From Chiloscyllium plagiosum (Eukaryota): 64,000 nucleotides of DNA. How positions within the stretch are numbered: the first letter of the stretch is position 1; every line of letters starts with the position of its first letter. Location of the stretch: assembly GCF_004010195.1 (NCBI RefSeq), contig NC_057719.1:78779623-78843622 (forward strand). The letters are read 5' to 3'. The notes under the pieces were generated by a model. That model did no database searches, had not been told where the DNA came from, and saw nothing but the letters and a program-made list of their open reading frames with translations. A program made the translations under genes and the position numbers. This document shows, piece after piece, positions 12,110-24,216 of this stretch.

Positions 12110-12726
12110 TGGTATATTTATTGGTCAGAGCATTGAGTATAGGAGTTGGGAGGTCATGTGGCTGTACAGGATATTGATTCGGCCACTTTTGGAATATTGT
12201 GTACAATTCTGGTCTCCCATGAAGGATGTTATAACACTTGAAAGGGTTCAGAAAAGATTTACAGGGATGTTGCAGGGTTAGAGGGTTTGAGTTACAGGGA
12301 GAGGCTGAACAGGCTGGGGCTGTTTTCCCTGGAGCGTCAGAAGCTGAGGGGTGACCTTATAGAGGTTTATAAAATCATGGGGGCATGGATAGGGTGAATA
12401 GCCAAGGTCTTTTCCCTGGGGTGCTGAAGTCTCGAACTAGAGGGCATAGGTTTAGGGCAAGAGGAGAAAGATTTAAAAGGGACCTATCGGGTAACTTTTT
12501 CAAGCAAAGGGGCATGATTGTGGAATGAGCTGCCAGAGGAGATGGTGGAGGCGAATAAAATAGCAACATTTAAAAGGCATCTGGATGGGTTTATGAATAG
12601 AAAGGGTTTAGAGGGATATGGACCAAGTGCCGGCAAATGGGACTCGATTAATTTAGGATATCTGGTTGCCATGGATGAGTTGGACTGAAGGGTCTGTTTC
12701 CATGCTGTACGTCTCCACGACTCTAT
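12110..12726 (+). mobile_element. CR1/HER1-like LINE 3' fragment
   Basis: Same 3' ORF2/UTR sequence as the other CR1 copies, ending GTCTGTTTCCATGCTGTA..GACTCTA. Confidence 0.88.
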
Positions 12727-13289
12727 TTCCCCATTCCCTCTGTTTGTGAAGTGTAACTTTGTAAGGATGACAACACTGTTGCAAAGTTAATACAGAAGGA
12801 AGGTTTGTTTCACATATTCTGAGACATGGGGATTGGGGGAGTGGGAGGATTATTTCACAACACTGGCACACTCGCAAAACTTGAAAAAGGGTCAAGAGAT
12901 TGGCAACAGCATGGGCACAAAACTACTGAGGGATACCAATTTAACAGTGTCTTTGATTTCAAGATGGAGTCCAAAGCTGGAGTCAGCAGCCTGGAATTCC
13001 TTAGTCAGGGTAGTGAACTGGCGATCTGGTAGTTCAGGAGTCATGGACTAATTTCTTCTGATGAATATTGCTGAAATCTCATTGCAGTTTTGCAGTTTTG
13101 ATGACTTTGCAGGGTTAATTTATTTCTATTGTTCTACCAGGCTTTTTTTTTGAATTGTCAAAGCAGAAACTTCTCAGCATCTATTTGCCAACTCACCAGA
13201 GTCAATCCCACTTAAACTCAGATAATGTTGCATTTCTACGTGTTGACCATTTCTGACATCTGTTGGGATAGCCCCTATTCCAATTCAGC

Positions 13290-13700
13290 ATCACAGAATT
13301 GTTACTTGCAGAACGATACCATTCAGTCCATGATGTATGCATAGTGTTTTCATGATCAATCTCCTCCCCTTTTCCCGATATCCCTGGACACCATTATTGT
13401 TCAGATAGTCATCCAATGTCTCCTGAATGCCTCAATTGAACCTGCCTCCGCCACATTTTCAGGCAGTACATTTCCAAATCCTAACTACTCACTGTGTGAA
13501 AAAGCTTTTTTTTCCCTCACATCACCCTTGCTTCATTTGCACATCATTACGTCCTCTCATTTTCTTCTTTTATGAGTGGAAGAGCTTCTCTCTGTCTACT
13601 GTGTCCAACCTGCTCATAATTTTCAAAACTTCTATCAGATCTTTTGTCAGCCTTTTCTCTCTCCAAGATCAGTCCCAACTTCTTCAATCCATCCTCATTA
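13290..13700 (-). mobile_element. Old CR1-like 3' fragment
   Basis: Degenerate reverse-complement similarity to the CR1 3' region. Confidence 0.55.
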
Positions 13701-14102
13701 CTGGTGTTTCTTCCAGATCATGTGCACGAATCAGAAGAATATGATTCTCTGAATGTTGGATCTGTTTAATCAAATTGAAGCGAAACTCTTTTATTCTCTC
13801 GTCACCATCCATTGTTCTGTCCTATTGTGCAATAAATTCTTTTGCCACTCATTACCTACATGTCTCCCCACTCTGAGCTAGTTATCCTGCTGCAAAGCTA
13901 GATGATTGTTAAGTTCATCAACTAATGCAGGATCCTCGTCACTTTCAGTGGAAAACCAGGCTTAAGATATTGTCACACATTTAATGAATGTATATCTCAT
14001 TGGTGAAGGGAAAACCCAATGAATTAAAATATTTGTAACTGGAGAGGTTTAGGTATTTTAAAAAGCATAATTAATTATTTGCATTTTTTTTCACTGTCAC
14101 AG

Positions 14103-14167
14103 CCATCTACCTGTGCAAGCGGACAATGCAGAATAAAGCAAGACTGGAACTTGCAGATTATGAAGCC
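14103..14167 (+). CDS. RGS6: RGS6 exon ([22 protein letters not shown]), DHEX
   Basis: tcacag|CCATC...GAAGCC|gtaggt; 65 nt, phase 1 to 0. Confidence 0.96.
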
Positions 14168-14340
14168 GTAGGTATACTAATTTTATAATTGACAGTGTAC
14201 GATTGCAATGCCACACAGCTATTTTGAAAACTACGTCATGGATTCCAGCCAGTACTTGCACTAACCATATATCAGTGATTCTTTTGAAACTAAAGCAGAA
14301 ACCTGTTTTCTGTTTTAACACAAAGCTATTCATTCTGCAG

Positions 14341-14417
14341 GAAAATTTGGCCAGGTTGCAAAGAGCATTTGCAAGAAAATGGGAGTTCATCTTTATGCAA
14401 GCAGAGGCCCAAGTAAA
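14341..14417 (+). CDS. RGS6: RGS6 exon ([26 protein letters not shown]), DHEX
   Basis: ctgcag|GAAAAT...GTAAA|gtacgt; 77 nt, phase 0 to 2. Confidence 0.97.
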
Positions 14418-15547
14418 GTACGTAACTAATAACTTTATGAATATTTAAAACAAGAAACCATTAGAAATGTGTATGTGGGAGCTGTTCTCACATGGCCTTA
14501 TTCATATGGTCTGGTTCTGTGGTCACGTATTCCCTCAGGGGGGAACTCTCTAAACCCATCTTGCAGTTAATTGCAGCCTAACGCACCAAGTTGCTCAAGA
14601 ATCTCCAGAATTTACTTTTCACGCAAACAAAAGTAATTAACACACCCGTCCTTCCTCTTTTTAGGATTGTGCAGTCAGAACTCATTGATGAATTATATAA
14701 ACAGCTATCTGCAAATAATGGATGCTTTCAAAATGTTACTGGAAGAAATCATTTCAGAGACGTAAACTATTTTAGCACTGGCATATAGCTCAGCTTGTGC
14801 CCGATGCTAACTGAAATTAGCTCTTTCCTGGGCACGCAAGCAGCTTATATTTTATTGGCTACTGTTTGTGAAGCTATTGACCTTATAACACATGTATTCC
14901 CACCTCATTTGAAAGGGCAGTATTTTCAGTAGAATTTGAGAACTATGGACACTGCAGGTTTTCCTGATGGCAATTTGCTGTAAAAGTAATATTTGCTTGA
15001 TTTTCTTCCAAGAATTGGCTCCCCGTGTTATTTAATTACTTAGGGAGAGAAGTCATCAGGAAAGTATTTCATACTCCTTTAGCTCACATATAAAATCAAG
15101 AAGGGCACCATGTCTTTTTTGAAATTGCTGCTCGCCCCAAGAAAAATCTAAAGATGGACCAAATGAAACAACATGTCTAATTAGAATAGTAAGTTGACAA
15201 ATATGTATTAATGAGTGTGTGCTTCTCCAATTTCCCCCATTAGCCCCCCCATCAGGACCCCAAAACCCTCTCCACACCTCCCCCCAGGTCTCACCTGCCA
15301 TCCCCACTGTGCAATCCCTGCACACTTGCCTAGTCCTAGATCCCAGGGTTTGTAGTGAGTTAGATCTTGGTTCATGTATATTTCATAAAGACCAAACATG
15401 CAAAATGTAGTGGAAATTCTCATCACTCAGGCACACATAAAATATTTCATACATAAAAGGATGGAAATGATGAGATAATTACACTGACCATGGTTTCTGG
15501 AAAGGGGGATAGTGACCAAATTAACTGCGATCAGCTATTTCCTGCAG

Positions 15548-15710
15548 CAACAAAAACAGAAATTAACTGAACTGATCTGAAGAAAAGTCACTGGACCTGA
15601 AAAGTTAATTCTGCTTTCTCTCCACAGATGCTGCCGGACCTGCTGAGCTTTTCCAGCAATTTCTGCCCTTGTTTCTGATTTCCAATATTCGCATATCTTT
15701 GGGTTTTTGA
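15548..15710 (+). mobile_element. PLE pseudo-LTR remnant with degenerate hammerhead
   Basis: CTGAAGAAAAGTCACTGGACCTGAAAAGTT at about 15577-15606, followed by CAGATGCTGCCGGACCTGCTGAGCTTTTCCAGCA. Confidence 0.65.
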
Positions 15711-16802
15711 TTTCTGGCAGGAAGTTGTCATAAATTTAGTCATTGAAAAATTGGCTAAGAGTGATTAAATCTGTCATGCAATGTAAATATCTTATTGCCT
15801 ACTTCCAAAACACACCTTCATAACATTCCTTCAGTAATGCTTTGCATGCTCCCAGTTAGTGTGAACCTCTTTGTGAAATTATCAGGATGATTTTCAACTG
15901 CTGCTTCCCTTGTGCTGGTTAACACCTCCCATCCACCCCCTCTACTCCAGCCCACTATGCCACATGATTTCTGACAGGTGGCAAATTGAATCCATGCTCC
16001 CTAAAGATGAAAAGATCCAAGCTCTCAATGACTGCCGGGTTACCAAAACAACCTCTCCTCTCATCCTTCTGAGCTGAATTTTTAGGTTTTACACTACACT
16101 GTATCCGCTGATAGATTAAACACACTCACAGAAGGTGTTTAAGGGGAGGAACAATATTTAGTTGGCTGGAATCACAGAAAATGACTGAAACCAAGTCAAG
16201 ACTTAGGTAGCTCGCCACCTTATTTTTGCAGAAAGGTCTCTGATTTTAATGGCCCGTTGAGATTTTAGATACTTTGTCAGCAAACTGTTCAGAAATGTTC
16301 TTACACAGCGGGAATTGAACCGCAGTCTCCTGACTCAGTGGTAGGGTCATGGTGCCACAAAAGCCCCCATTAGGATTACATTTCAGCTTTTTCAATTATT
16401 ATGTAAGCTTTTTACAATTGGCAAATCAAATAATAAGATTCAAGCCTGGCTAAGGAAAACGTCACAGCTTTGGAGCTGGACACCCTGCTGTGTTAATTAA
16501 AAAGATGTCCTCCAGTTTAGTAACTTAGCTAATTGGGTGGATACAAGTTAAAAAGGATGAAAGAATGTGGAACTGCTCATTCTTTGTAGCGCTCATAAAA
16601 ACACTGGATTATATTGTACATGTTCTGGGTTATGGTGAACTTGTGCCATTGCCTATCACAGATCGTGAGAAATGCGTTTATAAAAACATACTATTGCAGC
16701 TTCAGAGTCCATTGGCTGTTATTGCATAATTTAAACACACCTGAGAAACACCAGTCCTGTAAATTCAATGTGCCTTTGGAAGTTGATATCATCTTCTTTT
16801 AG

Positions 16803-16884
16803 AATTGACAGGAAAAAGGACAAGACGGAACGCAAGATCCTGGACAGCCAAGAGCGAGCATTTTGGGATGTTCATCGACCTGTT
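16803..16884 (+). CDS. RGS6: RGS6 exon ([27 protein letters not shown]), DHEX
   Basis: ttttag|AATTGAC...CCTGTT|gtgagt; 82 nt, phase 2 to 0. Confidence 0.97.
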
Positions 16885-18129
16885 GTGAGTATAATTAACC
16901 TTTATATGTTTGATGGAGTTGCAGAGGCTATTGTCCAGCTTGGGACTACCAACAGGGCACCTCATGTTGCAGTTGCTTGCATCAAAAATTGAGCCATGCT
17001 TGGCATATGACTTTTTTTTTAAACATTAATTAAAGAAAATGGTCAGAAAATTTCAGACATGCAGTCCTGACAGATGAGGCTCCTCAACAAAGGGATGGAA
17101 TTGTGTATTGACTGTATTGTTTTTCACTGCACTGTGATCCTGGTGACTGTTAATTTGCGTAGCAAATGACACTTAAAACATTTGAGAAATTATGGACTAT
17201 CTAAATGACTACTTTGTAACAAACGTATCTGTGTCCCTTTAATACCTCAAGCTACTCAAAATGAAAATATCTTCTGAACCAAAGTACGAGTCATGTCATA
17301 CCTGAAAATGGTAATCAGTGACGTATTAATCAATGAAACATTGAACGGAGGGTAAATATTTATCACTTCATACAGAGAACTTAACCTCCATCAGGAACCC
17401 CCTACATAAATCCAAATTTGTTCTTTTGACTAGATACAATATTCAAATTGTAAGTGCAGAAATCGCTTTATTTAATAGCAATTGTAAATTCTGAACAGCA
17501 GAAAAGGTTAGAGGGAAGGCAGATACTCGTCATTGCTATTTGCTTCAGGCCCAACCACACACAATCCGATCTGCTGCTTTCTCACTATTTTGCAGGACTC
17601 CATCTAAATGTACCTTGCACCCAGTTACACTGCCTGCCACAGTCATCTTTCTTGGGAGCCACTATAATAATCTTCCTTAAGATCCACTTTATATCTGATT
17701 TTCTTATAAATTCGCTGAAATTAGAATTTTTCAACATGGTGACCATTTTTTAACCAGATCAACAGTGTCAATTCTATTCATTACACTCCATTAAGATTGC
17801 CTGCTGTGATTATATGTAGCCACAACTGGCTGAGGAGAAGGGAAATCAGTAGGATCAGCACACTTGCAGTCAAACTGCTGGGTCAGGACAGAATCTACAA
17901 TGACCTCTCCGTACTCAAATGACTGGCACTCCTCCACTGTCAAGGTATGAATAATTGCTGTTAGTTGTGGTCTGCACCTCAGATGTTGCATCTCAGGCAT
18001 ATAGAAGGCAGCAGATGGACGAAGATGAAAATTGAAAGTAAACCCTGTGGTAAGCAGCAGAAAGGCTGAAAGTCCATTGAGATTCTCACTATCTCTCATT
18101 AAAATCCCTTTTTATTGTCCTTTCTGCAG

Positions 18130-18204
18130 CCTGGCTGTGTGAACACCACTGAAATGGACATCAGGAAGTGTCGTAGGATGAAAAACCCCAACAAAGTGAA
18201 GAAG
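18130..18204 (+). CDS. RGS6: RGS6 exon ([25 protein letters not shown])
   Basis: ctgcag|CCTGGC...AAGAAG|gtgtgt; 75 nt, phase 0 to 0. Confidence 0.96.
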
Positions 18205-18465
18205 GTGTGTGTTCAACAATCTTCCCGTAACTCACTCCAAGAGGAAATGTTCAAAGTATAGTGGAACTTGATCAAAGCAAATCTCTGTTGTGGCACCTTC
18301 AGATTAAGTGCTGCTTCAAGCCCATGCTCTCTCTTAGTGATGAAAAAGTGTGAAGACACTTGATGGAAACAGCCTACAATTTATTCCACTGGGAATTTAA
18401 ATGTAAATGAAACAACCATAACTAAATAGCATGTAAAAAAAAGTGGTGAATTCTCCTCCAAAGAC

Positions 18466-18928
18466 TTAGAGTCATAGAGTTTTCCAGCACAGAAACAGAT
18501 ATTGGTCCAACTCGTTCATGCTGAACAGATATTTTAATCTAATCCTATTTGCCAGTATTTCGCCCACATCCCTCTAGAACTTTCCTGTTCACGTAACCAT
18601 CCAAATGTCTTTTAAATGTTATTATTTTACCAGCCTCTACTACTGCCTCTAGGAGCTCATTCCATTTACGCACCACCCTCTGCGTGAAAAGGTTGCCCGC
18701 TAGATCCCTTTTAAATCTTCCCCCTCTCACCTTAGACCTATGCCTCTAGTTCTGGACTCCCCCACCCCAGGGAAAAGACCTTGTCTATTTACCCTATCCA
18801 TACCCCCGCATGATTTTATATACCTTATAAGGTCACCCCCCGAGCCTCCGACACTCCAGGGCAAATAGCTGCAGCCTATTCAGCCTCTCCCTCCAACTCA
18901 ACCCCCCCAACTCTGGCAACATCCTTGT
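18466..18928 (-). mobile_element. CR1/HER1-like LINE 3' fragment
   Basis: Starts with the tail reverse complement TAGAGTCATAGAG; ORF 18545-18730 RGGRFKRDL.GNLFTQRVVRKWNEL. Confidence 0.88.
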
Positions 18929-19077
18929 TTGATTTATAAAAAGAATGGGAGAATTTCAGTTTTTTAAATGCATACTAGTGAATCATTAAAATATAGAATG
19001 GTTCTCCACTCGATCTCCAGTTTGTGCTAGTGTTAAAGTGCACTTTAACATCCCATCGACTTAAGAGGGTAAAATAG

Positions 19078-19195
19078 GGGAAGATTTAAAAGGGACCTAT
19101 TCAAGCAACTTTTTCACACACAGTATAATGCATGTATGGAATGAGCTGCCAGAGGAAGTAGTGGAGGCTGGTACAATTGCAACATTTAGCATTTA
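19078..19195 (+). mobile_element. Internal CR1 fragment without 3' tail, flanked by a 19-bp duplication
   Basis: ACTTAAGAGGG(T/A)AAAATAG at 19059-19077 and 19196-19214. Confidence 0.75.
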
Positions 19196-19969
19196 ACTTA
19201 AGAGGGAAAAATAGCTGTTAGTTGTTCCCCAGTATCTGCTTGTCAGAAGTACCTGCATATTTGAGGATGATGGATGATAATCAGACTATGATGGCTCCCC
19301 TGGTAGGTAGCCCAATGAAGCTCATAATATAAATTTGAGCATGAAGACTGACAGCTTAGATGAATAATAGAAGGTGTCTGCCATCTGTACTGTAGCATTA
19401 GCACTAACCTTTAGAGTCAACAGAGTCAAAGATGTCAAAAAGAGGTTTTCTGTCTTGCCCAGCGCTTGAATTTTTCATTACAAAGAAGCCCATGTTTGAT
19501 ATTAAATTAGAAATGCCTTTTGATTTGAGGAAGAAAAGCAATAATATCTGTCTTGCCCATGTTTGCGCAGCTGATATTGAGAGGAATTAAGACGATTTCT
19601 CTCAGAAATAAATGGTCAGATTAGGCACAATTAGATTTGAACAAATTGGAAAGCCTACTGAAATCTTTTGAAAACACCTGTTTAGGAATGCAGAGGAGTT
19701 GTATAATAGACGAGGAGATTCATGCTGAACATTATCAGGAATCACTTCGAAACAGAAAACGTCGGCAAATGGTAATTCGACAACTACAATCCAGGATTTG
19801 TGGTTCTCTTGTCTTTTACCAGGAATAAACTGAGGCCAATGGTGCTGTCATTGACATGATGCATTGCCATATCCACAATAGCATCCATTTTACACCCACA
19901 ATATTTCTGCCTGCCAGACTATCTTAGCAAACATGGAGAATGCTAGAGAATGATCTGGCAGCATATATT

Positions 19970-20350
19970 GAGAGGCTGGGACTTTATCAATGAAGCTTTG
20001 GAGGTTGAGAGATGACCTTATGGGAGTTTATAAAGTAATGAGGGTTATAGATACAATTAATGGTAGTTGTCTTTTCCCCAAGTTGGGGGATTTCAAGACT
20101 AGAGGGCACACATTTAAGGTGAGAGGAAGGCACAAGGGGCAATTTATTTACACAGCGAGTGGTTCACTGGTGGAATGAACATCCTGAGGAAGTGGTGGAT
20201 GTGGGTACAATTACAATGTCTAAAAGACATCTGGATAGATACATGAACAGAAAAGGTTTGGAGGGATATGGGCCAAGAGTGGGTAGGTGGGAACTGTTGG
20301 GTTTGGGACTGCTTGGACTGAAGGGTCTGTTTCCATGCTGGATGACTCTG
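19970..20350 (+). mobile_element. CR1/HER1-like LINE 3' fragment
   Basis: RLRDDLMGVYKVMR...; WNEHPEEVV; 3' tail GATGACTCT. Confidence 0.85.
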
Positions 20351-20940
20351 AGAGAGGAAATCAAGTTAAATTTTCGAGTCCGACATGACTTCTTTTCAGA
20401 AATATATTAGCTGGAGGGATTGGGTTTATTGATGACACGTTGGCTTTTTAAGTTGCTCAGATGTGGCCGAGGATTGTGGCTTCCAGCCTCTCTCATATCT
20501 GGAATGTGGACTCTAGGCTGACAATCCATGCGGTATTGAATACTGGATAGTTAGAGCTGCTGCTCAGCTGAGATGTTATCCCAAATTCCCACTCTCTTAT
20601 TTCAATGGGCCTTAGAAGGTGTAATACAGCTAAGCATTGGGATGAAAAGTACATCCTGCGGTCTTGGCCAGCATTCCTCCGTCAAGCTAATAATGGGGAA
20701 CCAGCTCTTCAAAGCATAGATCATCTTGCTTTTTCATGAATAATTCATTGTGCAACACATGTTGAGCTAATATGTGTGGTAATATACTTGGCAAATGCAT
20801 TGGTAAGACCCAGGCTGTTTAAGTTACTTGCTTCCAGTTGCATGTTTAGACAATGTAACGCTTGTTTTATGGCAGAATTTGAACATGAAACCGGCATCAA
20901 TCAATCCAATTCTGACACTGAATTTTTCGTTTGTAATCAG

Positions 20941-21039
20941 TCAGTGTATGGGGTTTCTGAAGACTCGCAGACACACAGTCCTATACATTCACTCGTATCA
21001 ACAACTAAGCAACCTGCAAAGGATGATCTGAAGAAGCAG
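20941..21039 (+). CDS. RGS6: RGS6 exon (SVYGVSEDSQTHSPIHSLVSTTKQPAKDDLKKQ), linker
   Basis: aatcag|TCAGTG...AAGCAG|gtaaca; 99 nt, phase 0 to 0. Confidence 0.93.
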
Positions 21040-21284
21040 GTAACATAAGATTGGAAGGAACCTCTGTTCTCTACGTAATATTCCATTGTAAATGTGGACA
21101 CTTGACAAATTCGTAGTCTTTGTTAGTTAACTGCCAGACAAACTTTCAAATTGCCATAAATAAAACTTTGGGGCAAATCTGAATGCATCGGTCCCAGGGG
21201 GTATGTGGCCGACCATTGATCAGCTTTATTAGCGATAAGTTATTAGGAATTGTGGCTTAATACATGCAGTTTGAATTATTTTTA

Positions 21285-21625
21285 TTCCTAAATGGGGTAT
21301 GGGCCTCACGGAAAAAGCCAGCGTCTATTGCCCATCCCCAGCTGCTCTCGAACTGGTTGACACACAAGGCCACTTTGCTGTGGATTTTGAGTCATGGGTA
21401 GATCAGACGAGATACAGATGACAGATTTCCTTCCCTAAAGGACATTGGTGAACCAGATGGGTTTTCACAATCAACAGTTATTATCTTATGGCTCCCATTA
21501 CAGGGACCAACTTTCAATTTTAGTTTTGTTAATTAAATCCCGCTAGAAGGTTGGGGTGGGGTTTGAACCTCTGTCCTCAGAATGTTAACTTGTGTCCCTG
21601 AATTACTAGTCCAGTACCATTTCCT
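21285..21625 (-). mobile_element. Second tRNA-derived SINE family, diverged
   Basis: Matches 32865-33225 (AGATTTCCTTCCCTAAAGGACATT.GTGAACCAGATGGGTTTT). Confidence 0.65.
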
Positions 21626-21771
21626 CTATACTAGTGTCTCTCACTTACATGTGTTGAATATGATTTATAGATTCTAGGCTGTAATGTGTCTCAGGCTGTG
21701 CTAATTGGACTATCATGTAGCTTCACTCAATTCTATGCACATCTTAAATATTACTTTCTTTTTCTTTCCAG

Positions 21772-21833
21772 ATCACTTTATTGAATATCCAGCTAGACAG
21801 ACATTGTTTAAAAATGTCCAAAGTAGCTGAAAG
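21772..21833 (+). CDS. RGS6: RGS6 exon (ITLLNIQLDRHCLKMSKVAES), GGL N-part
   Basis: ttccag|ATCACT...GAAAG|gtaagt; 62 nt, phase 0 to 2. Confidence 0.96.
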
Positions 21834-21859
21834 GTAAGTTTTTCACTCTGCAAAATTCT

Positions 21860-22280
21860 GTAATAATCTGGACAAGGATGACGCCAGAATTGAGAGGTTA
21901 TACTAATCAGGAAAGAGTTGACAGTATGGGGATGTTTCCCTTAGAATAGAGAAGTGAGCGGCTGGACATCTTTAAAATTATGAAGGGGTTTGCAAAGTCA
22001 TGAATTGACTATAGGATGATCAGTAATAAAACAGGAAAAGATAGTCATGAATAAATACAGAATGGATTTTTGGACAACTTCATTATCCAACGAAGATGTG
22101 ATAGGGATGAATAATGTGCTTGAATTTAATGAGGAACTGGATAAACACATCAGGGCACAGACAATAGGATATTGTGAATGAAAATGAATGAAATGGAAGG
22201 GAGTGGAAGGAAGCCTCATGTGAAGCATAAATACCAGCATAGGCCAGTTGGACTGAATGGCTTGTTTCTGAACTGTATGT
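21860..22280 (+). mobile_element. Old CR1-like 3' fragment
   Basis: Degenerate ACAAGGATG..CCAGAATTGAGAGG...TTTAAAATTATGAAGGGGTTTG...GACTGAATGGCTTGTTTCTG. Confidence 0.6.
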
Positions 22281-23399
22281 TAAAGTAAGTGCTTGTTTAC
22301 TCAGGATTCTCCTGTGGCAATAACCATCTTAATACTGGGTATTTATGAGGGTTTATGGCGCCTACAAAATGAATGGGGAATTGTCCACATTGGGTTCATA
22401 TATGCTCCCATTGGATGCTACCTGAGAGGTCAGTGGTGGAACTCTGGTCTCCACTTGCTGGAAGTGTGAGGAGTGACCTTCTGATGTGGGGTGAAAATGC
22501 TAACACTAAGCTAAGAACTCTCTTTGTTGAAATGGTATATGTGACTATGACTTTTAATTGCCCCTCACACATTGGTTAGGAGTGTTTGAATTTGTGCCTC
22601 ACACCAATCAGTAAACCAAACAAATGCGAAAAAAAGGCATGAATTGGGGTCCGGGCGAATTGATCCTGGTGAAACTCTAATAGTGGTGTGAGCTTGACAG
22701 CTTTGTAGGTAGTGTAGCTGGAAGTACACAGGATATTAACAGGCCAAGTGAGTGAACAAAACTATAATGAATGGATTTGATTGTGGGCTAATGTGAGGTT
22801 ACCCCAAAAGATCAGAAAAGGATGAAACAAAGGACTTTCTAAGTGGTGAGAAACTAGAAACAGCAGATGTCTGAGGAGACTTGGGGTGGGGAGGGGGTGT
22901 GAGTCCAATAAATCCATAAAATGGTCAATAAAATGTCGTGAATGAATACAGAAAATAATCAAATCGATAAGCTGAGTGCTGGCCTTACAAGAGTAGGCCA
23001 CAAGGGGGTAGAGGTCCCCTGCTACGGTTGTATTATCCATCTGAATACAACCATCCTACAGCACATGGACTACAGCAGTTCAAGAAGGCAGCTCGCCACT
23101 ACCTTCTCCAGGGGCAACTAGGGATGAACGGCCAATGCTGAACCAGCCAATGATGCCCACTTCCCAAGAGTAAGGAAGAAAAGTAAGCTCAAGGTGGGAG
23201 GGATGTAGTGAGGATGGTAGAGAGAGAGCCCACAATCAGTAGATAGAGCACTAGGTTTCTCTTGTGCAGGGTTCAGAAGGGCTCTCCCATGTTCTTTGAC
23301 CTCCTCTAACAGGCTGGTTTAAACTCCCTCCTTCATTTCATTGCTATGTTTCCTGAGCCCTGGAAATCCTGGCTAGCAGCAGTTAAACGTACTTTAAAT

Positions 23400-24078
23400 C
23401 CGTTAATGAAATATTTTGTCTCTCCAAAGAGGTGCAATCATACCACATACTATCTTTCAATAAGCAAAAGAAAATGTGGTAGATTTAAATATAGCAGGCT
23501 GCCTTTGTTTTGTGAATGTTGTATACCATTTCAACACCTCCCATTCAAACCTGTCAGTTTCCAGTTTCCTGCCATGTTAATTCTCCAGCCTATTTCCCCC
23601 ACTCTCTGGCCTCAGCTGTTCCTAAGGAAAACTTGAGGAGCAGCACTTTGCTTTGGATTCTGCACTTTACAGTCTTTCAAATCAGCTCAAGATTAAATTA
23701 AACTCTTACAGATCATCACCATTGCTTCCATTTTCTTTAAGAAAGCAGCATTTCAACTTGCTGCTGTTGTTGTTTATATTTCCCCTCGATCCATCTTTTC
23801 TTTCTTTCATTAACACACCATTTGCTCCCTTGATCCAGTTGTCCTGCGATCCCACCCTATCACTGGTCTTCCCTTTTTTCCTTTCCACATTCCTTTCCCT
23901 GGCTCTATTCTTGTTTTCTTCAAAGTTACAAATTTAACCTCTTCCAGTTCCGTTGAAATTTCAATGAGTTGAACTATAAACTTATTTCATTCTCAAAAGA
24001 TTGTGGCAGGTATGAGTATTTCCAGCTTTGTCTGTGTTTGTTTCAGATTTCTAGCATCTGCAGCAGTTTCCCTTTGTA
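23400..24078 (+). mobile_element. Old, degenerate PLE 3' part (GIY-YIG end plus pseudo-LTR) ending just upstream of the GGL exon
   Basis: AAACTTGAGGAGCAGCAC (KLEEQH, cf. the LEEE.LIF motif at about 4835), pyrimidine-rich UTR, terminal TTTCAGATTTCTAGCATCTGCAG. Confidence 0.5.
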
Positions 24079-24105
24079 CTTATTGTTGCATTGTTTTTGT
24101 TCTAG

Positions 24106-24216
24106 TTTGGTCAGTTATGCAGAGCAGTATCTGGAATATGATCCTTTGCTAACACCACAGGATCCACCTAACCCATGGGTCAGTGACGACTGCACATTCT
24201 GGGACATGGAAGCCAG
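24106..24216 (+). CDS. RGS6: RGS6 exon ([37 protein letters not shown]), GGL domain core
   Basis: ttctag|TTTGGTC...GCCAG|gtaaga; 111 nt, symmetric phase 2 to 2; G-gamma-like DPL...NPW motif. Confidence 0.97.
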
